From a plasmid: a stretch of 64,000 nt of DNA. Shown here in pieces: positions 56,811 to 64,000 of this stretch; position 1 is the first letter of the stretch; the number at the start of each line of letters is the position of its first letter. Where the stretch lies: sequence record NZ_KX832927.1, one strand, 5' to 3'. The notes beneath the pieces are model-generated. The model was not told where the DNA came from, made no database searches, and saw nothing but the letters and a program-made list of their open reading frames with translations. Made by a program: the position numbers and the translations under genes.

Positions 56811-57650
56811 CTAGGCATGATCTAACCCTCGGTCTCTGGCGTCGCGACTGCGAAATTTCGCGAGGGTTTCCGAGAAGGTGATTGCGCTTCGCAGATCTCC
56901 AGGCGCGTGGGTGCGGACGTAGTCAGCGCCATTGCCGATCGCGTGAAGTTCCGCCGCAAGGCTCGCTGGACCCAGATCCTTTACAGGAAGGCCAACGGTG
57001 GCGCCCAAGAAGGATTTCCGCGACACCGAGACCAATAGCGGAAGCCCCAACGCCGACTTCAGCTTTTGAAGGTTCGACAGCACGTGCAGCGATGTTTCCG
57101 GTGCGGGGCTCAAGAAAAATCCCATCCCCGGATCGAGGATGAGCCGGTCGGCAGCGACCCCGCTCCGTCGCAAGGCGGAAACCCGCGCCTCGAAGAACCG
57201 CACAATCTCGTCGAGCGCGTCTTCGGGTCGAAGGTGACCGGTGCGGGTGGCGATGCCATCCCGCTGCGCTGAGTGCATAACCACCAGCCTGCAGTCCGCC
57301 TCAGCAATATCGGGATAGAGCGCAGGGTCAGGAAATCCTTGGATATCGTTCAGGTAGCCCACGCCGCGCTTGAGCGCATAGCGCTGGGTTTCCGGTTGGA
57401 AGCTGTCGATTGAAACACGGTGCATCTGATCGGACAGGGCGTCTAAGAGCGGCGCAATACGTCTGATCTCATCGGCCGGCGATACAGGCCTCGCGTCCGG
57501 ATGGCTGGCGGCCGGTCCGACATCCACGACGTCTGATCCGACTCGCAGCATTTCGATCGCCGCGGTGACAGCGCCGGCGGGGTCTAGCCGCCGGCTCTCA
57601 TCGAAGAAGGAGTCCTCGGTGAGATTCAGAATGCCGAACACCGTCACCAT
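56811..57650 (-). CDS. sul1: Sul1 dihydropteroate synthase (sulfonamide resistance). True start '[10 protein letters not shown]' (279 aa); the ORF track over-extends it.
   Basis: Full-length match to Sul1 as remembered. Confidence 0.95.
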   Translation of the reverse strand: MVTVFGILNLTEDSFFDESRRLDPAGAVTAAIEMLRVGSDVVDVGPAASHPDARPVSPADEIRRIAPLLDALSDQMHRVSIDSFQPETQRYALKRGVGYLNDIQGFPDPALYPDIAEADCRLVVMHSAQRDGIATRTGHLRPEDALDEIVRFFEARVSALRRSGVAADRLILDPGMGFFLSPAPETSLHVLSNLQKLKSALGLPLLVSVSRKSFLGATVGLPVKDLGPASLAAELHAIGNGADYVRTHAPGDLRSAITFSETLAKFRSRDARDRGLDHA

Positions 57651-57991
57651 GGCGTCGGCCTCCGCAGCGACTTCCACGATGGGGATCGGGCGAGCAAAAA
57701 GGCAGCAATTATGAGCCCCATACCTACAAAGCCCCACGCATCAAGCTTTTGCCCATGAAGCAACCAGGCAATGGCTGTAATTATGACGACGCCGAGTCCC
57801 GACCAGACTGCATAAGCAACACCGACAGGGATGGATTTCAGAACCAGAGAAAGAAAATAAAATGCGATGCCATAACCGATTATGACAACGGCGGAAGGGG
57901 CAAGCTTAGTAAAGCCCTCGCTAGATTTTAATGCGGATGTTGCGATTACTTCGCCAACTATTGCGATAACAAGAAAAAGCCAGCCTTTCAT
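57644..57991 (-). CDS. qacEdelta1: QacEΔ1 (truncated small multidrug resistance efflux protein of the 3'-CS)
   Basis: 115 aa '[22 protein letters not shown]...' with the characteristic altered C-terminus. Overlaps the sul1 start. Confidence 0.95.
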   Translation of the reverse strand: MKGWLFLVIAIVGEVIATSALKSSEGFTKLAPSAVVIIGYGIAFYFLSLVLKSIPVGVAYAVWSGLGVVIITAIAWLLHGQKLDAWGFVGMGLIIAAFLLARSPSWKSLRRPTPW

Positions 57992-58094
57992 GATATATCT
58001 CCCAATTTGTGTAGGGCTTATTATGCACGCTTAAAAATAATAAAAGCAGACTTGACCTGATAGTTTGGCTGTGAGCAATTATGTGCTTAGTGCA

Positions 58095-58154
58095 TCTAAC
58101 GCTTGAGTTAAGCCGCGCCGCGAAGCGGCGTCGGCTTGAACGAATTGTTAGACA
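58095..58154 (-). other. attC (59-be) of the aadA1 cassette at the junction with qacEΔ1
   Basis: Imperfect inverted repeat containing 'gccgcgccgcgaagcggcgtcggc', typical of the aadA attC. Confidence 0.5.
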
Positions 58155-58946
58155 TTATTTGCCGACTACCTTGGTGATCTCGCCTTTCACGTAGTGAACA
58201 AATTCTTCCAACTGATCTGCGCGCGAGGCCAAGCGATCTTCTTCTTGTCCAAGATAAGCCTGTCTAGCTTCAAGTATGACGGGCTGATACTGGGCCGGCA
58301 GGCGCTCCATTGCCCAGTCGGCAGCGACATCCTTCGGCGCGATTCTGCCGGTTACTGCGCTGTACCAAATGCGGGACAACGTAAGCACTACATTTCGCTC
58401 ATCGCCAGCCCAGTCGGGCGGCGAGTTCCATAGCGTTAAGGTTTCATTTAGCGCCTCAAATAGATCCTGTTCAGGAACCGGATCAAAGAGTTCCTCCGCC
58501 GCTGGACCTACCAAGGCAACGCTATGTTCTCTTGCTTTTGTCAGCAAGATAGCCAGATCAATGTCGATCGTGGCTGGCTCGAAGATACCTGCAAGAATGT
58601 CATTGCGCTGCCATTCTCCAAATTGCAGTTCGCGCTTAGCTGGATAACGCCACGGAATGATGTCGTCGTGCACAACAATGGTGACTTCTACAGCGCGGAG
58701 AATCTCGCTCTCTCCAGGGGAAGCCGAAGTTTCCAAAAGGTCGTTGATCAAAGCTCGCCGCGTTGTTTCATCAAGCCTTACGGTCACCGTAACCAGCAAA
58801 TCAATATCACTGTGTGGCTTCAGGCCGCCATCCACTGCGGAGCCGTACAAATGTACGGCCAGCAACGTCGGTTCGAGATGGCGCTCGATGACGCCAACTA
58901 CCTCTGATAGTTGAGTCGATACTTCGGCGATCACCGCTTCCCTCAT
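58155..58946 (-). CDS. aadA1: AadA1-type aminoglycoside (3'')(9) adenylyltransferase (streptomycin/spectinomycin resistance), 263 aa from 'MREAVIAEV...'
   Basis: Near-identical to AadA1 as remembered. The ORF track over-extends the N-terminus. Confidence 0.9.
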   Translation of the reverse strand: MREAVIAEVSTQLSEVVGVIERHLEPTLLAVHLYGSAVDGGLKPHSDIDLLVTVTVRLDETTRRALINDLLETSASPGESEILRAVEVTIVVHDDIIPWRYPAKRELQFGEWQRNDILAGIFEPATIDIDLAILLTKAREHSVALVGPAAEELFDPVPEQDLFEALNETLTLWNSPPDWAGDERNVVLTLSRIWYSAVTGRIAPKDVAADWAMERLPAQYQPVILEARQAYLGQEEDRLASRADQLEEFVHYVKGEITKVVGK

Positions 58947-59038
58947 GATGTTTAACGCCTGGCACAGCGGATCGCAAACCTGGCGCGGCTTTTGGTACAA
59001 AAGGCGTGACAGGTTTGCGAATCCGTTGCTGCCACTTG

Positions 59039-59512
59039 TTAACCCTTTTGCCAGATTTGGTAACTATAATTTATGTTAGAGGCGAAGTCTTGGGTAAAAA
59101 CTGGCCTAAAATTGCTGGGGATTTCAGGAAAGTAAACATCACCTTCCGGCTCGATGTCTATTGTAGATATATGTAGTGTATCTACTTGATCGATCAGGCT
59201 TTTGTATATCTCCCCACCACCTGAAACAATGACATGATCCGTTATTTTCTTTAGGTTGGTTAAAGCATCTTTAATTGATGGAAAGATCACTACGTTCTCA
59301 TTGTCAGATGTAAAACTTGAACGTGTTACGACCGCATACTTTCGGTTGGGTAATGCTCCCATTGATTCAAAAGTCTTGCGTCCAACCAACAGCCATTGGT
59401 TATAGGTAATAGCTTTAAACAGGAGCTGTTCACCTTTGGCACTCCATGGAATATCAGGGCCATTCCCGATAACTCCATTCTTCGATATAGCTACCATTAG
59501 TGATAGTTTCAC
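59039..59512 (-). CDS. dfrA1: DfrA1 dihydrofolate reductase (trimethoprim resistance)
   Basis: 157 aa '[64 protein letters not shown]...'. Confidence 0.9.
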   Translation of the reverse strand: MKLSLMVAISKNGVIGNGPDIPWSAKGEQLLFKAITYNQWLLVGRKTFESMGALPNRKYAVVTRSSFTSDNENVVIFPSIKDALTNLKKITDHVIVSGGGEIYKSLIDQVDTLHISTIDIEPEGDVYFPEIPSNFRPVFTQDFASNINYSYQIWQKG

Positions 59513-59671
59513 AATTCTTCCTCAGAGGTTAACTTTGTTTTAGGGCGACTGCCCTGCTGCGTAACATCGTTGCTGCTCCATAACATCAAACATCGACCCA
59601 CGGCGTAACGCGCTTGCTGCTTGGATGCCCGAGGCATAGACTGTACCCCAAAAAAACAGTCATAACAAGCC
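59513..59671 (-). other. attI1 recombination site region and the first cassette boundary
   Basis: Sequence between the intI1 start and dfrA1 includes the 'GTTA(A)CC' core-type junction. Confidence 0.6.
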
Positions 59672-60685
59672 ATGAAAACCGCCACTGCGCCGTTACCACC
59701 GCTGCGTTCGGTCAAGGTTCTGGACCAGTTGCGTGAGCGCATACGCTACTTGCATTACAGCTTACGAACCGAACAGGCTTATGTCCACTGGGTTCGTGCC
59801 TTCATCCGTTTCCACGGTGTGCGTCACCCGGCAACCTTGGGCAGCAGCGAAGTCGAGGCATTTCTGTCCTGGCTGGCGAACGAGCGCAAGGTTTCGGTCT
59901 CCACGCATCGTCAGGCATTGGCGGCCTTGCTGTTCTTCTACGGCAAGGTGCTGTGCACGGATCTGCCCTGGCTTCAGGAGATCGGAAGACCTCGGCCGTC
60001 GCGGCGCTTGCCGGTGGTGCTGACCCCGGATGAAGTGGTTCGCATCCTCGGTTTTCTGGAAGGCGAGCATCGTTTGTTCGCCCAGCTTCTGTATGGAACG
60101 GGCATGCGGATCAGTGAGGGTTTGCAACTGCGGGTCAAGGATCTGGATTTCGATCACGGCACGATCATCGTGCGGGAGGGCAAGGGCTCCAAGGATCGGG
60201 CCTTGATGTTACCCGAGAGCTTGGCACCCAGCCTGCGCGAGCAGCTGTCGCGTGCACGGGCATGGTGGCTGAAGGACCAGGCCGAGGGCCGCAGCGGCGT
60301 TGCGCTTCCCGACGCCCTTGAGCGGAAGTATCCGCGCGCCGGGCATTCCTGGCCGTGGTTCTGGGTTTTTGCGCAGCACACGCATTCGACCGATCCACGG
60401 AGCGGTGTCGTGCGTCGCCATCACATGTATGACCAGACCTTTCAGCGCGCCTTCAAACGTGCCGTAGAACAAGCAGGCATCACGAAGCCCGCCACACCGC
60501 ACACCCTCCGCCACTCGTTCGCGACGGCCTTGCTCCGCAGCGGTTACGACATTCGAACCGTGCAGGATCTGCTCGGCCATTCCGACGTCTCTACGACGAT
60601 GATTTACACGCATGTGCTGAAAGTTGGCGGTGCCGGAGTGCGCTCACCGCTTGATGCGCTGCCGCCCCTCACTAGTGAGAGGTAG
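59672..60685 (+). CDS. intI1: IntI1 class 1 integron integrase (337 aa)
   Basis: '[53 protein letters not shown]...' full-length IntI1. Confidence 0.97.
59759..59787 (-). promoter_or_regulatory. Cassette promoter Pc, weak variant (PcW): TGGACA, 17 bp, TAAGCT. Lies inside the intI1 5' end on the opposite strand.
   Basis: Reverse complement of 59759-59787 reads 'TGGACATAAGCCTGTTCGGTTCGTAAGCT'. Confidence 0.65.
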
Positions 60686-60862
60686 GGCAGCGCAAGTCAA
60701 TCCTGGCGGATTCACTACCCCTGCGCGAAGGCCATCGGTGCCGCATCGAACGGCCGGTTGCGGAAAGTCCTCCCTGCGTCCGCTGATGGCCGGCAGCAGC
60801 CCGTCGTTGCCTGATGGATCCAACCCCTCCGCTGCTATAGTGCAGTCGGCTTCTGACGTTCA

Positions 60863-60887
60863 GTGCAGCCGTCTTCTGAAAACGACA
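60863..60887. repeat. IRi, the 25-bp inverted repeat at the integrase end of the class 1 integron
   Basis: 'GTGCAGCCGTCTTCTGAAAACGACA' is the complement of 'TGTCGTTTTCAGAAGACGGCTGCAC'. Confidence 0.85.
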
Positions 60888-61238
60888 ATGGAGGTGGTAG
60901 CCGAGGGTGTGGAAACACCCGACTGCCTTGCGTGGTTGCGGCAGGCGGGTTGCGACACGGTGCAGGGTTTCCTGTTCGCCAGGCCGATGCCGGCGGCGGC
61001 CTTCGTCGGCTTCGTCAACCAATGGAGGAACACCACCATGAACGCCAATGAACCGAGCACCAGTTGCTGCGTGTGCTGCAAGGAAATCCCGCTCGATGCC
61101 GCCTTCACGCCGGAAGGGGCCGAGTACGTGGAGCATTTCTGCGGGCTGGAGTGCTATCAGCGCTTCCAGGCGCGGGCCAGCACTGCGACCGAAACCAGCG
61201 TCAAACCGGACGCTTGTGATTCGCCGCCGTCAGGTTGA
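60888..61238 (+). CDS. tnpM: TnpM / urf2 3' portion (EAL-domain remnant split by In2-type integron insertion, as in Tn21)
   Basis: ATG directly abuts IRi. Protein '[35 protein letters not shown]...' is the EAL C-terminal segment. Confidence 0.7.
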
Positions 61239-61239
61239 G

Positions 61240-61368
61240 GCATACCCTAACTTGGCGTCAGACCATCCGGCGCTAAATCGTCAGAATAGAGTTGCCTTCC
61301 GAATTGATTGACATACGCCGTCAAGGGTCATAGATTTCTTCCTGACACATTTCCCTCAGGAGGATACC
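61240..61368 (+). promoter_or_regulatory. res site region (resolution sites and tnpR promoter) of a Tn21-subgroup transposon
   Basis: Intergenic region upstream of tnpR in the Tn21 arrangement tnpM-res-tnpR-tnpA. Confidence 0.55.
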
Positions 61369-61929
61369 TTGCACGGTCAGCGCATCGGTTACGTCCGCGT
61401 CAGCAGCTTCGACCAGAACCCAGAACGGCAGCTCGAACAGATCCAGGTGGATAAAGTGTTCACCGACAAGGCGTCGGGCAAGGACACACGGCGGCCCGAA
61501 CTGGAACGGCTGCTCGCCTTCGTGCGCGAAGGCGACACGGTCGTGGTGCACAGCATGGATCGTCTGGCGCGCAACCTCGACGACCTGCGCCGCCTGGTGC
61601 AGGGCCTCACCCAGCGCGGCGTACGCATCGAGTTCCTTAAGGAGCATTTGACCTTCACCGGCGAGGACTCGCCGATGGCGAACCTGATGCTGTCGGTAAT
61701 GGGCGCGTTCGCCGAGTTCGAACGCGCCTTGATCCGCGAGCGGCAGCGCGAGGGCATCGCGCTCGCCAAGCAGCGCGGGGCCTACCGTGGCAGGAAGAAA
61801 TCCCTGTCGTCTGAGCGTATTGCCGAACTGCGCCAACGTGTCGAGGCTGGCGAGCAAAAGACCAAGCTGGCTCGTGAATTCGGAATCAGTCGCGAAACCC
61901 TGTATCAATACTTGAGAACGGATCAGTAA
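61369..61929 (+). CDS. tnpR: TnpR serine resolvase (Tn21/Tn501 subgroup)
   Basis: 186 aa '...[19 protein letters not shown]...' with a C-terminal HTH. Confidence 0.92.
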   Translation: MHGQRIGYVRVSSFDQNPERQLEQIQVDKVFTDKASGKDTRRPELERLLAFVREGDTVVVHSMDRLARNLDDLRRLVQGLTQRGVRIEFLKEHLTFTGEDSPMANLMLSVMGAFAEFERALIRERQREGIALAKQRGAYRGRKKSLSSERIAELRQRVEAGEQKTKLAREFGISRETLYQYLRTDQ

Positions 61930-61931
61930 AT

Positions 61932-64000
61932 ATGCCACGTCGTTCAATCCTGTCCGCCGCCGAGCGCGAAAGCCTGCTGGCGTTGCCGGACACCAAGGAT
62001 GAGTTGATCCGTCACTACACGTTCAGCGAAACCGACCTCTCCATCATCCGGCAGCGGCGCGGCCCGGCCAACCGGCTGGGCTTCGCCGTGCAGCTCTGTT
62101 ACCTGCGCTTTCCTGGTGTCATCCTGGGCGTCGATGAGCCGCCGTTTCCGCCCTTGTTGAAACTGGTCGCCGACCAGCTCAAGGTCAGCGTCGAAAGCTG
62201 GGACGAATACGGGCAGCGGGAGCAGACCCGGCGCGAGCACCTGGTCGAACTGCAAACGGTGTTCGGCTTCCAGCCCTTTACCATGGGCCACTACCGGCAG
62301 GCCGTCCAGTTGCTGACCGAGATGGCCTTGCAGACCGACAAGGGCATCGTGCTGGCCAGCACCTTGATCGAGCACCTGCGGCAGCAGTCGGTCATTCTGC
62401 CTGCCCTCAACGCCGTCGAGCGGGCGAGCGCCGAAGCAATCACCCGCGCCAACCGGCGCATCTACGATGCCTTGGCCGAACCGCTGTCGGACGCGCATCG
62501 CCGCCGCCTCGACGATCTGCTCAAGCGTCGGGACAACGGCAAAACGACCTGGCTGGCCTGGCTGCGCCAATCGCCCGTCAAACCGAATTCGCGGCACATG
62601 CTGGAACACATCGAACGCCTCAAAGCGTGGCAGGCGCTCGACCTGCCTTCTGGCATCGAGCGGTCGGTGCACCAGAACCGCCTGCTCAAGATCGCCCGTG
62701 AGGGTGGCCAGATGACGCCCGCCGACCTGGCCAAGTTCGAGGCGCAGCGACGCTATGCCACCCTGGTGGCGCTTGCCATCGAGGGCATGGCCACCGTCAC
62801 CGACGAAATCATCGACCTGCACGACCGCATCCTGGGCAAGCTGTTCAACGCCGCCAAGAACAAGCATCAGCAGCAATTCCAGGCGTCCGGCAAGGCGATC
62901 AACGCCAAGGTGCGGCTGTTCGGCCGCATCGGCCAGGCGCTGATCGAGGCCAAGCAGGCGGGCCGCGATCCGTTCGCCGCCATCGAGGCCGTCATGTCCT
63001 GGGATGCCTTCGCCGAGAGCGTCACCGAAGCGCAGAAGCTTGCGCAGCCCGAGGACTTCGATTTCCTGCACCGCATCGGCGAAAGCTACGCCACGCTGCG
63101 CCGCTACGCGCCGGAATTCCTTGCCGTGCTCAAGCTGCGGGCCGCTCCCGCCGCGAAGGACGTGCTCGACGCCATCGAGGTGCTGCGCGGCATGAACAGC
63201 GACAACGCCCGCAAGGTGCCCGCCGACGCGCCGACCGAGTTCATCAAGCCGCGCTGGCAGAAGCTGGTCATGACCGACACCGGCATCGACCGGCGCTACT
63301 ACGAACTGTGCGCGCTGTCGGAGATGAAGAACGCGTTGCGTTCCGGCGACATCTGGGTGCAGGGGTCGCGCCAGTTCAAGGACTTCGAGGACTACCTGGT
63401 GCCGCCCGCGAAATTCGCCAGCCTCAAGCAGGCCAGCGAATTGCCGCTGGCCGTGGCCACCGACTGCAACCGGTACCTGAACGACCGGCTGACGCTGCTG
63501 GAAACACAGCTTGCCACCGTCAACCGTATGGCGACGGCCAACGAGCTGCCGGACGCCATCATCACCGAGTCAGGCTTGAAGATCACGCCGCTCGACGCGG
63601 CGGTACCCGACACCGCCCAAGCGCTGATCGACCAGACGGCAATGATCCTGCCGCACGTCAAGATCACCGAACTGCTGCTGGAGGTGGACGAATGGACGGG
63701 CTTCACTCGGCATTTCGCGCATCTGAAATCGGGCGACCCGGCCAAAGACAAGAACCTGTTGCTGACCACGATCCTCGCCGACGCGATCAACCTGGGCCTG
63801 ACCAAGATGGCGGAGTCTTGCCCCGGCACGACCTACGCCAAGCTGGCTTGGCTGCAAGCCTGGCACATCCGCGACGAAACCTACGGGGCGGCGCTGGCCG
63901 ATCTGGTCAACGCACAGTTCCGCCATCCCTTCGCCGAGCACTGGGGCGACGGCACCACCTCATCGTCGGACGGCCAGAACTTCCGCACCGGCAGCAAGGC
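61932..64000 (+). CDS. tnpA: TnpA Tn3-family transposase (Tn21 subgroup), 5' part only. Continues beyond the window.
   Basis: '[62 protein letters not shown]...' The frame is open to the window end. Confidence 0.92.
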   Translation, partial: MPRRSILSAAERESLLALPDTKDELIRHYTFSETDLSIIRQRRGPANRLGFAVQLCYLRFPGVILGVDEPPFPPLLKLVADQLKVSVESWDEYGQREQTRREHLVELQTVFGFQPFTMGHYRQAVQLLTEMALQTDKGIVLASTLIEHLRQQSVILPALNAVERASAEAITRANRRIYDALAEPLSDAHRRRLDDLLKRRDNGKTTWLAWLRQSPVKPNSRHMLEHIERLKAWQALDLPSGIERSVHQNRLLKIAREGGQMTPADLAKFEAQRRYATLVALAIEGMATVTDEIIDLHDRILGKLFNAAKNKHQQQFQASGKAINAKVRLFGRIGQALIEAKQAGRDPFAAIEAVMSWDAFAESVTEAQKLAQPEDFDFLHRIGESYATLRRYAPEFLAVLKLRAAPAAKDVLDAIEVLRGMNSDNARKVPADAPTEFIKPRWQKLVMTDTGIDRRYYELCALSEMKNALRSGDIWVQGSRQFKDFEDYLVPPAKFASLKQASELPLAVATDCNRYLNDRLTLLETQLATVNRMATANELPDAIITESGLKITPLDAAVPDTAQALIDQTAMILPHVKITELLLEVDEWTGFTRHFAHLKSGDPAKDKNLLLTTILADAINLGLTKMAESCPGTTYAKLAWLQAWHIRDETYGAALADLVNAQFRHPFAEHWGDGTTSSSDGQNFRTGSK

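Larger units (their letters stand above)
50696..64000. mobile_element. Tn21-family transposon remnant carrying an In2-like class 1 integron (dfrA1-aadA1 cassettes, 3'-CS, IS1326::IS1353, tniBΔ, tniAΔ), truncated at the tni end by IS26
   Basis: The order tniA-tniB-IS1326/IS1353-orf5-sul1-qacEΔ1-aadA1-dfrA1-attI1-intI1-IRi-tnpM-res-tnpR-tnpA is the Tn21 backbone in reverse orientation. IRt and the mer module are absent. Confidence 0.85.

Noticed and set aside
61944-63071. 375-aa minus-strand ORF and several other 60–130-aa ORFs antisense to tnpA, tnpR, intI1, tniB and istA (for example 60209..60613, 53901..54617, 50825..51598, 51150..51551)
   Set aside because: High-GC DNA produces long stop-free antisense frames. 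The sense strands encode canonical, full-length mobile-element proteins. The Arg/Pro/Ala-rich translations are typical artefacts.

Overview
The window joins two blocks. Positions 1 to about 48,600 are AT-rich (roughly 35-40% GC by eye) and carry the transfer backbone of a conjugative plasmid or ICE. It has an F-type mating-pair formation system (traN, traG, traH, traF, traU, traW, trhF, traC, traV, traB, traK, traE, traL, traA) plus a TraD coupling protein and an HD-domain MobH relaxase (TraI). Gene order resembles the SXT/R391–IncC lineage, including a plasmid DsbC, but this element is far more AT-rich and locally rearranged. Other backbone content: a RecT–YqaJ-exonuclease (lambda Red-like) module; a CobS-like AAA+ ATPase paired with a CobT-like VWA protein that carries a 33-bp tandem-repeat array; several extra thioredoxin-fold proteins and two S26 signal peptidases; and an accessory stretch at 38–47.4 kb that encodes a UvrD-like helicase, PD-(D/E)xK and membrane-anchored Mrr-like nuclease-fold proteins, an SGNH hydrolase and a triple-module protein of unknown function; a tyrosine recombinase follows at 47.6–48.6 kb. 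From about 49.4 kb the sequence turns GC-rich and is a resistance mosaic. It reads: Tn3-family 38-bp IR, truncated ArsR-like gene, IS26, tniA C-terminal remnant, tniBΔ, IS1326 interrupted by IS1353, then the 3'-CS (orf5, sul1, qacEΔ1), cassettes aadA1 and dfrA1, attI1, intI1 with a weak Pc promoter, IRi, and the Tn21 tnpM–res–tnpR–tnpA module (tnpA runs off the window end). No rRNA, tRNA or CRISPR was seen. The strongest leads are the CobS/CobT-like repeat-bearing module, the nuclease and helicase accessory operons, and a (TTTGG)4 repeat placed to phase-switch a small membrane protein.
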